Positions 9,499 to 17,024 of a stretch of DNA of 20,000 nt are shown piece after piece; the first letter of the stretch is position 1; each line of letters begins with the position of its first letter. Both the position numbers and the translations under genes were made by a program. Source of the stretch: an uncultured virus (IMG/VR IMGVR_UViG_3300048778_000136) (Duplodnaviria; Heunggongvirae; Uroviricota; Caudoviricetes); the IMG/VR virus record IMGVR_UViG_3300048778_000136. One strand, written 5' to 3'. The notes below the pieces were generated by a model. That model worked only from the letters and a program-made list of their open reading frames with translations, did no database searches and was not told the DNA's origin.

Positions 9499-9685
9499 GT
9501 ATGTCATACAAGCGTTAACTATCCTCGGGGAGAGGAAGCGCGGCGAAGGAGAAACCGCATTACTTGATCTTGCTTCAATTCTTGAGGAAATTAAACTCCT
9601 GACCCCGAAGCAGAAAACCGCTTATGAAATTGAGCGAGATGAAATATTTGCAGAGCAGAAGGCAGCAAGGGAGAGAATTCAGTGA
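9401..9685 (+). CDS. hypothetical protein, candidate helicase loader
   Basis: GGAGA RBS before ATG at 9401 (start uncertain); between initiator and helicase; GTGA coupling to the helicase. Confidence 0.55.
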   Translation: MVKLTETSCCRAAQTSPDYLKFMSARLSKENPEYVIQALTILGERKRGEGETALLDLASILEEIKLLTPKQKTAYEIERDEIFAEQKAARERIQ

Positions 9686-11094
9686 ATCGTGATGATTATT
9701 CAGTTCCGGATACTATTCCTGATCCACCAGAGGACGATTCTCAGTCTCTAGCGTCCTCATCCTCACCTGAGAAGGAAACGGACGTACCGGCATCGGTTCA
9801 CATGGAACTAGCCGTGCTTGGAGCGATGATGTTGGAGCGGAAAGCTACGCAGGAGGCGTTTACTCTCCTTGTGGCGGAGGATTTCAGCTTAGACTCTCAT
9901 CAGCGCATCTTCAAGGCGATCCAAGCCGTTACCAGCGGCTATGATCTTGGCGAGTCTGAGGATGTTTTAATGTTGGTTCGCGAGGAATTATTACGCCGCA
10001 GGGAATTGGAAAGTATTGGGGGGATTAGTTACCTTTGCTACCTCACCGAAGGCATACCTCGTAATTTCAATATTAATAGCTATGTCCGTATCGTGAAGGA
10101 CAAGAGCCTACTGCGGCGGTTGATGAGCGTTTTCCATGACGGCGAAATTCGCGCGAGCGACCAAGGCGAAGATGGAATCAATATAGCGACTGAGATTATA
10201 GCGCAGGTTACTCTGGTTGTTGAGAGTAGCCAAACGAAAACTGAGGTGTTTGACTCTCCCACGATGGCGATGGATGCAGCCCAACGGCTGTTGGATAATC
10301 CAAAACTAGAGCTTGCTATTCCTACCGGATTCAAGCCTTTGGATGACTTTACAGGTGGAGGAATAAGGCTTGGAGAATTGTGGGTTGTTGGGGCCTCGCC
10401 GTCACGAGGTAAAACGACTCTTGCCCGACAGATTGTAAAACATGTTGTGCGGCAAGGAATCCCATCTTACGTCCACTCGGGGGAGATGACAAAGGAATCT
10501 TGGTACGATGTTACAGCCTGCCTGCTGGTCAGTATGCCATCGTGGAAGATTCGTGAACCGTGGCTATTGAATGACTATGAAAAAGATATGTTGAGGGCAG
10601 GAATTAAAGAACTCTCTAGTCTTCCATTTCATATCTCGGATGCTGGAGGAATACATATCGACAAACTGATATGGAACGCCTCTTGCGCTATTCGCCAACA
10701 TCAAATCAAGTTGCTTGTGGTTGATTATGCTCAAATCATCAGCGCCAACGGCAAGGACGATAGGCAGAAGGTCACGTCGGTAGCTCAGAAGTTGAGAGTC
10801 TTCGCGAAGGATAACAATGTGGCTGTGATCCTCCTTTCGCAGAGTCCTAGACCGGAAGGAAGAAATATCAATTCTCGGCCTAACATGTTTTCCTTGAAAG
10901 AATCAGGAGCTTTGGAAGAGGCAGCACACACAATTATTCTCCCATTCCGCCGCGTTGATACAGAAACAAATGCGTTTACGGGAGAGGATGAATTGGTAAT
11001 TGGCAAACAGCGGCACGGTCCGATTGGTAGTATACCCTGTCGTCTCGATGGGAAGTATCTAAAGTTTGAGCCAAGGGACGACACACAATACTAA
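9682..11094 (+). CDS. dnaB: replicative DnaB-like helicase
   Basis: N-terminal E.AVLGAM domain; Walker A GASPSRGKTT, SGEM, VVDYAQII, LSQ, LKESGALEEAA, KQRHGPIG. Confidence 0.95.
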   Translation: MNRDDYSVPDTIPDPPEDDSQSLASSSSPEKETDVPASVHMELAVLGAMMLERKATQEAFTLLVAEDFSLDSHQRIFKAIQAVTSGYDLGESEDVLMLVREELLRRRELESIGGISYLCYLTEGIPRNFNINSYVRIVKDKSLLRRLMSVFHDGEIRASDQGEDGINIATEIIAQVTLVVESSQTKTEVFDSPTMAMDAAQRLLDNPKLELAIPTGFKPLDDFTGGGIRLGELWVVGASPSRGKTTLARQIVKHVVRQGIPSYVHSGEMTKESWYDVTACLLVSMPSWKIREPWLLNDYEKDMLRAGIKELSSLPFHISDAGGIHIDKLIWNASCAIRQHQIKLLVVDYAQIISANGKDDRQKVTSVAQKLRVFAKDNNVAVILLSQSPRPEGRNINSRPNMFSLKESGALEEAAHTIILPFRRVDTETNAFTGEDELVIGKQRHGPIGSIPCRLDGKYLKFEPRDDTQY

Positions 11095-11112
11095 ATAACA
11101 GGGAGGAAAGTC

Positions 11113-11472
11113 ATGGGAGTGAAGCAGGTTTATCCAGAGGCATATGAAGACGAGCGCGGCATGATTTGGGTTTCAGAGGAAGCCTCTCGCCAGATGACGG
11201 AATCCTACGAAGATGCTTGGATTGAGGATGTTCTTGGTTGGTCATGGGAGGATGCCGAAGAGAATCTAGCCCTATGCCAGCGTGAAGCCAAGCGTAAAAA
11301 GTTCTGGAAATCACATCCTCATCTGCGGGTATTTTACTGGTTTATCCGCCGCTGGTATGGTGCTATGTCACTGTTTTCGCGTACAGTGTGGCGTGATTGG
11401 TATGGGCGTATCACTTGGTCGATGGCATGGAAGATGTCGAGTGATCTATGGCTAACGGAGAGGCCCAAATGA
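11113..11472 (+). CDS. hypothetical Trp-rich protein
   Basis: GGAGG RBS; ATGA coupling to the next gene. Confidence 0.7.
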   Translation: MGVKQVYPEAYEDERGMIWVSEEASRQMTESYEDAWIEDVLGWSWEDAEENLALCQREAKRKKFWKSHPHLRVFYWFIRRWYGAMSLFSRTVWRDWYGRITWSMAWKMSSDLWLTERPK

Positions 11473-11804
11473 ATTCTCCTATCCGCCGTAGCCCAATCCG
11501 TAAAGTTCGTAGCAAGCCCCGACCCGGAAGGCTCAAAGGGGACGATATGGACGAACTCCGTCAGGCCGTATACACCCGAGACTTGGGACTCTGCCAGCGT
11601 TGCGGAATTACTACCATCTTCGGAGCGCCGGAGGAATGGGATAACAGCTTTCACCTCGCGCATCGTAAGGGTAAGCGTATGTGGGGTGACAGTTTAGAAA
11701 CAACAGAAATTAACTGCGGGAAATGCCATCGACGCTTTCACAATTTTGGCCCGTCGATGGAAAAACCATGTCCTCCGAAACCGAAAAGTATTGACACAGA
11801 TTAG
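11469..11804 (+). CDS. HNH endonuclease
   Basis: V..RD.G.CQRCG...HLAH...NCGKCHRRFH; start placed at the ATGA overlap. Confidence 0.85.
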   Translation: MNSPIRRSPIRKVRSKPRPGRLKGDDMDELRQAVYTRDLGLCQRCGITTIFGAPEEWDNSFHLAHRKGKRMWGDSLETTEINCGKCHRRFHNFGPSMEKPCPPKPKSIDTD

Positions 11805-11834
11805 ATCGTAGGCGCAGGATATGAACATGTAGGG

Positions 11835-12377
11835 ATGGGAGATAAACCAATGGAGCCTAAACAGAACCCACTAAGTGAGAACGAGTGGAGCATTGAGGAG
11901 CGCGAGGAATTCTTCGCTGGACAGGATGCCATGACAGGACTCTTCTCTAATATGGTAGCTAACAACGGAACTATACCTAAGCCGACAGGAATTCACGTCA
12001 CGCACATCGTCCCTCCAGATCAGGGATGGCCTATTGCGATGCACTGCCCTATCTGCAAGGAAACTACCTTTATCTGGTCGCTTTGGGCTATAAAGCCGAA
12101 GGATGGAGACTACTGGCGGATGACTGAAACTTGCGCACGCAGCAACCAGCACAACATAGAACTGGCGATGAATCCATTCGCTTACCGCCCTCTTCCCGGT
12201 GGCTACATGGACGCAACAGTGCCGCACCGTGGCTCTCCGCCTTCGATAAACGCGTTCTCCCTCCATAGCATAATGATGTTCGACCCTTACGACGCCGTAA
12301 TAGAGCAGGAGATGCCTATTGAAGAGGCCAAGAGACGGTTTTCTAACACTCTTATTGGCGGACAGGAGAAGCCATGA
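11835..12377 (+). CDS. hypothetical protein (CxxC)
   Basis: ORF track; start 11835 or 11850; ATGA coupling. Confidence 0.65.
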   Translation: MGDKPMEPKQNPLSENEWSIEEREEFFAGQDAMTGLFSNMVANNGTIPKPTGIHVTHIVPPDQGWPIAMHCPICKETTFIWSLWAIKPKDGDYWRMTETCARSNQHNIELAMNPFAYRPLPGGYMDATVPHRGSPPSINAFSLHSIMMFDPYDAVIEQEMPIEEAKRRFSNTLIGGQEKP

Positions 12378-12712
12378 GCGATTGTGCAAAGTGCGATAAA
12401 CCTGTCAATGTTCCTGACGGCTATGAGTTCAACGAAGGTGATATGTGCTGGCCTTGCATGGCTAAGGAAGTCGAAGAGGAGTTATTACTAAGAGAACGCT
12501 TGAGCGCGATCTTGGACGCCACCGCCAACGCTCTACATGGAGGCCCAATGAAAAATGGTTTGTGGTCCTTTCACGACCTCCCAGAACTCGCTCTTGAAGC
12601 TATGAATCGCATTGCTAAGCTGGAAGATTGTATCCGTGAACTCCTAAAGGGTGCAGATGGATTCAATGCGGTAGTGAAAAAAGAAGAGGCCGCAAGGAAA
12701 CTTCTAGGATAA
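12374..12712 (+). CDS. hypothetical protein with N-terminal zinc finger
   Basis: AGGAG RBS; CAKC...CWPC. Confidence 0.75.
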   Translation: MSDCAKCDKPVNVPDGYEFNEGDMCWPCMAKEVEEELLLRERLSAILDATANALHGGPMKNGLWSFHDLPELALEAMNRIAKLEDCIRELLKGADGFNAVVKKEEAARKLLG

Positions 12713-12787
12713 TGCTTTGACTCCTTCTCCCCACGAGTAAAAATTAACTTGACATCCTTTTGAACTCATGTGCATCTTAGTTATAAG

Positions 12788-12979
12788 ATGACACTGAACA
12801 TCCAACTCGGAGATAGGGTTCGCCGCAGGAACGACATCGGAATGGATATTCCGGGGGCAGTCGTGCGTTTGAACGTTTCTGAGATTATGGTTTACTGGCC
12901 GCAGGATAACTTCTACGAGATTGTTCCTGTCGCAGAGCTAGAGTTATATATCGAAATTCCTGAATCAATCGCGGCCTAA
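12788..12979 (+). CDS. small hypothetical protein (SH3/KOW-like beta pattern)
   Basis: MTLNIQLGDRVRRR...G.VV...V.W; TTGACA at 12749-12754 upstream. Confidence 0.6.
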   Translation: MTLNIQLGDRVRRRNDIGMDIPGAVVRLNVSEIMVYWPQDNFYEIVPVAELELYIEIPESIAA

Positions 12980-12993
12980 CTAATTAAAGGGAT

Positions 12994-13797
12994 TTATATA
13001 CATGACTCCCCGGCTTCATCGCTAGGCTTTCTGTGCAGCAGCGATGCGCTCAACCTCTCGGCTTCTCTGATAGCCCACGCAAGGCGAGCTTCGGCGATGC
13101 GCTCGCTGGCAATCTTGAAGTACGCAGCATCCTGCTCAATGCCTATGAAGTTACGGTTCAGGTTGGCACAAGCTACTCCAGTGGTGCCTGAACCCATGCA
13201 GTTGTCGAGAACAGTCATGCCCTCATTGGTGTAGGTCTTGATGAGGTATTCCATCAGGGCTACAGGTTTTTGGGTTGGGTGTATTTTGTTTTTGTCTCTC
13301 GTGAATTGGAGAACAGTCTTGGGACAACGAGTTCCCTCATTGACGGTGACAACTGTTCCAGATGGGTTGTAATTGCTAGTCTCGCCACCCTTTTTGCAGA
13401 CATAAGGCTTGCCAACTGTGAACTGCGGATTGTAGACAGGTTGGAAGGAGTAGAAAACTGCAACATCCTCATGGTCGCGTAAGGGCTGCTTCTTGGCGTT
13501 TAGCAGACCAGTTCCTGCCTCTTTCTGCCAAACCCACTGGTACTTGAACTCTCTGACGTTGCTCATTACCAGAACCGACGTGAATGGTTGTGCAGCAGTG
13601 AGAACAATAGCCCCCTTGCAGATGCGCTTGTACTGCTTCCATAGCTGGGTGAGGTCAATGATGCTGTCCCACTTATTCTGTGTGGTGCCATAAGGCAGGT
13701 CACACATCACCATGTCCACATAGTTGTCCGGTATCTCAGCCATCTCTGCCAAGCATTCACCGTGCGTAAGAATCACCTTGGGAAGTGAGTTTGCCAT
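12994..13797 (-). CDS. orphan DNA N4-C/N6-A methyltransferase, beta class
   Basis: Motif IV DLPY precedes HPTQKP and motif I LDNCMGSGTTG; no cognate restriction nuclease seen. Confidence 0.93.
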   Translation of the reverse strand: MANSLPKVILTHGECLAEMAEIPDNYVDMVMCDLPYGTTQNKWDSIIDLTQLWKQYKRICKGAIVLTAAQPFTSVLVMSNVREFKYQWVWQKEAGTGLLNAKKQPLRDHEDVAVFYSFQPVYNPQFTVGKPYVCKKGGETSNYNPSGTVVTVNEGTRCPKTVLQFTRDKNKIHPTQKPVALMEYLIKTYTNEGMTVLDNCMGSGTTGVACANLNRNFIGIEQDAAYFKIASERIAEARLAWAIREAERLSASLLHRKPSDEAGESCI

Positions 13798-13943
13798 CTA
13801 GTATTTAGCTCCTTTGGTTTTTGCTGCTGTCTTTACTTCCTTACGTCCACGCTCTTGGTCATACCACTCACCAAACTGTGCCGGTGTGAAGCGTCTAAAT
13901 CGCTCATCATAACGAAGGGAGTCAAGTATATAATTCCCTAATT

Positions 13944-14025
13944 AAATGCCAAGCGGACCAGACTGACCGGGAGGAGGTAGCCTGATCCGCTTTTAGCGGC
14001 GCGCTGAAGGGAGGAAAGGTGCGCA
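13944..14025 (-). ncRNA. candidate two-hairpin sRNA with anti-Shine-Dalgarno loops
   Basis: Hairpin loops contain UUUCCUCCCUU and CCUCCUCCC; begins right after the 14031-14059 promoter. Confidence 0.55.
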
Positions 14026-14030
14026 ACTAC

Positions 14031-14059
14031 AAAGTAACAATATTTTCATTCTATGTCAA
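14031..14059 (-). promoter_or_regulatory. sigma70-type promoter
   Basis: TTGACA-17 nt-TACTTT with extended TG. Confidence 0.75.
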
Positions 14060-14064
14060 ATCTT

Positions 14065-14138
14065 TGGAGCGGAAACCCGGATTTGAACCGAGACGAAGAG
14101 GATGGAAACCTCCCATACTACCGTTATATGATTCCCGC
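14065..14138 (-). tRNA. tRNA-Gly(TCC)
   Basis: Cloverleaf; loop TTTCCAT; GCG acceptor, U73, CCA. Confidence 0.9.
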
Positions 14139-14399
14139 TTATTTCTTAACAACATCCTTCCAGAAACCAACCACACTCTCAATTCCAACGTCGTCCATCA
14201 GTTCAAAATCCACTTCGCCGATAGACTCAATCGTAATGTCGCTATGCAACTCTACTTTGCACTCCGCAGCCTTCGAACGAATTACCTCTAGCTTCTCTTG
14301 GCACGTCATCACTGCTGAAACCATATCGTCGGCACGGAAAACCATGTCCGGGATAGGAGTGCAATCACAACCGCTCAACGTTGCTATATAAACTGGCAT
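14139..14399 (-). CDS. small acidic hypothetical protein (86 aa)
   Basis: AGGAGG RBS before ATG 14399; stop abuts the tRNA-Gly 5' end. Confidence 0.7.
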   Translation of the reverse strand: MPVYIATLSGCDCTPIPDMVFRADDMVSAVMTCQEKLEVIRSKAAECKVELHSDITIESIGEVDFELMDDVGIESVVGFWKDVVKK

Positions 14400-14436
14400 A
14401 AGATTAATCCTCCTTGCCCGACAGGATAACACTAAT

Positions 14437-14514
14437 TGGTGGTCGAGATTGGACTTGAACCAATCGCCTCAGTCTTATCAGGACTGCGCTCTTCTCAGGA
14501 TGAGCTACTCGACC
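14437..14514 (-). tRNA. tRNA-Ile(GAT)
   Basis: Loop CTGATAA; CCA. Confidence 0.93.
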
Positions 14515-14518
14515 GAAT

Positions 14519-14598
14519 TGGTGCCAAGGACAGGATTCGAACCTGTGATGATTCCTCTTTGTAGGAGAGGCGGTTTCGACCACTCACACCACCTTGGC
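14519..14598 (-). tRNA. tRNA-Val(TAC), atypical
   Basis: Loop CCTACAA (C33); irregular D-arm; 7-nt variable region; CCA. Confidence 0.8.
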
Positions 14599-14602
14599 AA
14601 TA

Positions 14603-14676
14603 TGGCGATTCCGACGAGATTTGAACTCGTGATAAATCCGTGACAAGGATTCGTGTTGCCGCTACACTACGGAATC
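14603..14676 (-). tRNA. tRNA-Asp(GTC)
   Basis: Loop TTGTCAC; G73; CCA. Confidence 0.92.
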
Positions 14677-14808
14677 AAACTTTGGTGCTACTATTTACCC
14701 ATGGGCCGGGAGGATCATAGATAATCCTGACCGCTGTACATACTGCTATGCCCTTGCCAGAGTCAATGCCGAAGCAAAGAGTCGAGGGCTGGGGTTACAC
14801 ACTGGCAC

Positions 14809-14837
14809 GAAAGAGTCACCTCATGGGTGGCTCTTTC
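14809..14837. terminator. 12-bp hairpin (terminator or processing stem)
   Basis: GAAAGAGTCACC / GGTGGCTCTTTC inverted repeat. Confidence 0.45.
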
Positions 14838-14843
14838 TGTTGA

Positions 14844-14918
14844 TGGAGCGCGTGCGAGGACTTGAACCTCGATCTTAAGCTTCGGGGGCTTACGTTATGT
14901 CCGTTTCACTACACGCGC
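14844..14918 (-). tRNA. tRNA-Arg(CCG), atypical
   Basis: Loop CCCCGAA (C33); A20; GCG acceptor with U73; CCA. Confidence 0.8.
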
Positions 14919-14924
14919 AAAGGA

Positions 14925-15000
14925 TGGTCGGCTCCCTCGGGTATGATCCGAGAACTAAGATTTAGGAAATCCTCGTGATATCCAGTTTCACTAAGAGCCG
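14925..15000 (-). tRNA. tRNA-Arg(CCT), atypical
   Basis: Loop TTCCTAA; A20; C1-G72; T-loop ATCATAC; CCA. Confidence 0.82.
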
Positions 15001-15001
15001 A

Positions 15002-15075
15002 TGGTGTCGATGAGGAGAATCGAACTCCCGTTATCTGTTAGAGAGACAGACTTCCTGCCACTGAAAGACATCGAC
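15002..15075 (-). tRNA. tRNA-Glu(CTC)
   Basis: Loop CTCTCTA (U37); CCA. Confidence 0.85.
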
Positions 15076-15078
15076 AGA

Positions 15079-15155
15079 GGGTAGCGTGTATCGGATTCGA
15101 ACCGATGATAGTCTCCGTGAAGGGGAGGTGACTTCAGCCGCTTGTCTAACACGCC
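15079..15155 (-). tRNA. tRNA-Glu(TTC)
   Basis: Loop CCTTCAC (C33); ends in CCC rather than CCA. Confidence 0.87.
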
Positions 15156-15161
15156 GTAAAA

Positions 15162-15237
15162 TGGAGCATCCTGCTGGATTTGAACCAGCGGCCTTCGAGG
15201 TAGAAGCTCGACGCTCTATCGACTGAGCTAAGGATGC
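15162..15237 (-). tRNA. tRNA-Arg(TCT)
   Basis: Loop CTTCTAC; CCA. Confidence 0.92.
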
Positions 15238-15238
15238 A

Positions 15239-15317
15239 TGGTCCCCGTGGCATGGATTCGAACCTGCGGCCTCTTCCTTAAAGGGGAAGCACTCTGACCT
15301 GACTGAGTTACACGGGG
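15239..15317 (-). tRNA. tRNA-Lys(TTT)
   Basis: Loop CCTTTAA (C33); bulged T-stem; CCA. Confidence 0.87.
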
Positions 15318-15323
15318 ATAAAC

Positions 15324-15400
15324 TGGTGCTTGCGGGAGGATTCGAACCTCCGACCGTCGCTTTAAGGGAGCGCTACTCTAGCCAACTGAGTTACGCAAGC
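15324..15400 (-). tRNA. tRNA-Lys(CTT)
   Basis: Loop CCCTTAA (C33); CCA. Confidence 0.9.
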
Positions 15401-15405
15401 ATACT

Positions 15406-15480
15406 TGGTGCGGGAACTGGGACTCGAACCCAGAACCCTTGGATTATGAGTCCAGCGCTCTGCCATTGAGCTATTCCCAC
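15406..15480 (-). tRNA. tRNA with CAT anticodon (Ile2 or Met)
   Basis: Loop CTCATAA; CCA; no initiator features; isotype not resolvable by eye. Confidence 0.85.
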
Positions 15481-15574
15481 AAAGAATTCGGTGGTCGCTA
15501 TAGCCTCCTCGCTAGGTTTAGCGATGTTGCTATTACAGAGCAGTCCTACCCTATCGAATAGGAAGCGCCCAAAA

Positions 15575-15653
15575 TGGTGCCTGCGGTCAGGATTGAACTG
15601 ACGACCTTCCGCGTATGAAACGGACGCTCTAGAGCCAACTGAGCTACACAGGC
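15575..15653 (-). tRNA. tRNA-Met(CAT), elongator-like
   Basis: Loop TTCATAC; G1-C72; CCA. Confidence 0.87.
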
Positions 15654-15655
15654 AA

Positions 15656-15734
15656 TGGCAGGGGTGACAGGATTTGAACCTGCAAGTGACGGGTTTGGAA
15701 GCCGCTGCGCCGAACCGGATTGCGCTTCACCCCT
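15656..15734 (-). tRNA. tRNA-Trp(CCA)
   Basis: AGGGG acceptor; G73; loop TTCCAAA; CCA. Confidence 0.9.
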
Positions 15735-15765
15735 ACATTGAAAAACTAAATTGTCAACGATCAAT

Positions 15766-15788
15766 AAAAATCCCCTCACTAGGAGGGG
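15766..15788 (-). terminator. intrinsic terminator-like hairpin
   Basis: CCCCTC-ctagt-GAGGGG followed by ATTTTT. Confidence 0.6.
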
Positions 15789-15817
15789 CTTGGGTTACTA
15801 AACTTTGGAATTTATCC

Positions 15818-15910
15818 TTAGTCGTCCCAGCCCTCAAAACGCACGAACCACCCCATGACCCGCTTATCGCTGATCCTAATGGATATCTCGTGTTTGATTT
15901 GTCTGATCAT
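15818..15910 (-). CDS. candidate 30-aa small protein MIRQIKHEISIRISDKRVMGWFVRFEGWDD
   Basis: Translated by hand; AGGGG RBS; promoter-like sites upstream and terminator downstream. Confidence 0.45.
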   Translation of the reverse strand: MIRQIKHEISIRISDKRVMGWFVRFEGWDD

Positions 15911-16100
15911 AAAATTTGTGCCCCTATTTACAGTCTGGGAGCCGGACTATTCAGATGCTTTTAATGCTCTTTGAAAACTATACCACAATTCCTGACTCGC
16001 ATGGGTAAGAATTACGTGTCCACGCCGATCAGGGCTGAGTCTTTATATTCAAGACTAAAAGAACCATACCACAACTTCAACTGAAAGCGCAAGGAATAAA

Positions 16101-16177
16101 TGGTGCGCCCGGAGGAATTCGAATCCCCTGCCTCTTGGTTCGTAGCCAAGCGCTCTATCCAGATGAGCTACGGGCGC
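16101..16177 (-). tRNA. tRNA-Arg(ACG)
   Basis: Loop CTACGAA; A20; CCA. Confidence 0.93.
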
Positions 16178-16192
16178 AAATGTTTGATGAAA

Positions 16193-16270
16193 TGGTCGGT
16201 GATACTGGATTCGAACCAGTGGCCCTTCCGCCCCAAACGGAATGCGCTGACCAGACTGCGCTAATCACCG
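16193..16270 (-). tRNA. tRNA-Pro(TGG)
   Basis: C1-G72; A73; loop TTTGGGG; CCA. Confidence 0.94.
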
Positions 16271-16277
16271 AAACTTA

Positions 16278-16353
16278 TGGTGGCTCCTGCGGGTTTCGAG
16301 ACCGCGACGCTTTCCTCTTCGGGGAAACGCTCTACCGTCTGAGCTAAGGAGCC
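16278..16353 (-). tRNA. tRNA-Phe(GAA)
   Basis: Loop CCGAAGA (C33); T-loop CTCGAAA; CCA. Confidence 0.87.
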
Positions 16354-16362
16354 ATAAAAACT

Positions 16363-16438
16363 TGGTGGACGGTGGGAGGATTCAACTCCCGGCCTCTCCG
16401 GTGCAAACGGAGCGCTCTCGCAACTGAGCTAACCGCCC
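16363..16438 (-). tRNA. tRNA-Ala(TGC)
   Basis: G3-U70; loop TTTGCAC; T-loop TTGAATC; CCA. Confidence 0.9.
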
Positions 16439-16511
16439 AAACTTTAGCCCCGATTTCTGTATACATCATTTGCAACAGTAGTTAGCTCGGGGCTACACAC
16501 TAACTACTAAA

Positions 16512-16585
16512 GGGGTGACCAACGGAAGCCGAGTCCGTATCCCTCGCGCCACAAGCGAGTGCTCTGCCGATTGAGCTATGGTCAC
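16512..16585 (-). tRNA. tRNA-His(GTG)
   Basis: Loop TTGTGGC; C73; ends CCT; -1 base is T; T-loop CTCGGCT. Confidence 0.85.
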
Positions 16586-16588
16586 ACT

Positions 16589-16663
16589 TGGAGCACCGAT
16601 TCGGAGTCGGACCGAATTATCGTGGGTACAGGCCACGCGCATCGCCGTCAATGCTTTCAGTGC
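16589..16663 (-). tRNA. tRNA-Thr(TGT)
   Basis: C2-G71; loop CCTGTAC (C33); A8/U14; T-loop TCCGACT; CCA. Confidence 0.83.
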
Positions 16664-16667
16664 AAAT

Positions 16668-16862
16668 CTAATCCTTTTCAATCTTCTCTTCGTTCTCTAT
16701 ACCAATCCTATCCACTACGTAACACGCAATCACAAGCACAACTGCTGTTACTCCACATAGCCACGACTTCTGGAGTACAGAAGCTACCAACGCTCCTCCT
16801 GCCGCGCTTGCGATAATATCTACAGCGAAATGGCGATCCCGGATACGATGATTCTTTGGCAT
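16668..16862 (-). CDS. small predicted membrane protein (64 aa)
   Basis: AGGA RBS; two hydrophobic segments. Confidence 0.55.
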   Translation of the reverse strand: MPKNHRIRDRHFAVDIIASAAGGALVASVLQKSWLCGVTAVVLVIACYVVDRIGIENEEKIEKD

Positions 16863-17024
16863 CTTTATAGCTTCCTACTACCAAAAATAAATGGAATTGG
16901 AACGGACTGCAAAAACAATGTAAAGAATGTCGAAGTTCAATTCGATCTCGTAAGCGAATTAATTAATATTTTAAGCAGGCTAACTTACCAAGTTAGCGCA
17001 AGCCCTAGCCTGCTCAATCGGCGT

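Noticed and set aside
96..13693. Antisense and alternate-frame ORFs inside the main genes (e.g. 96-446, 6025-6606, 8712-9068, 11871-12389)
   Set aside because: Shadow ORFs of well-supported coupled genes
13798..13940. Open frame LDSLRYDERF...GAKY upstream of the methyltransferase
   Set aside because: No start codon or RBS in frame; at most a gene remnant
14519..15155. Suppressor readings (CUA in the Val and Glu-CTC loops, UCA in Glu-TTC) and possible stop-codon recoding
   Set aside because: The 7-nt loop register gives TAC, CTC and TTC; long genes are uninterrupted in code 11 and use all three stop codons
15965..15978. boxA-like TGCTCTTTGAAAAC on the plus strand
   Set aside because: Opposite orientation to the tRNA operon and overlaps a minus-strand -10 element
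16445..16508. Hammerhead or HDV-like ribozyme assignment
   Set aside because: No CUGANGA core and no P3/L3 module
16871..16969. Plus-strand peptide NKWNWNGLQKQCKECR resembling a zinc-finger fragment
   Set aside because: Preceded by an in-frame stop, has no start codon, and is too short to call
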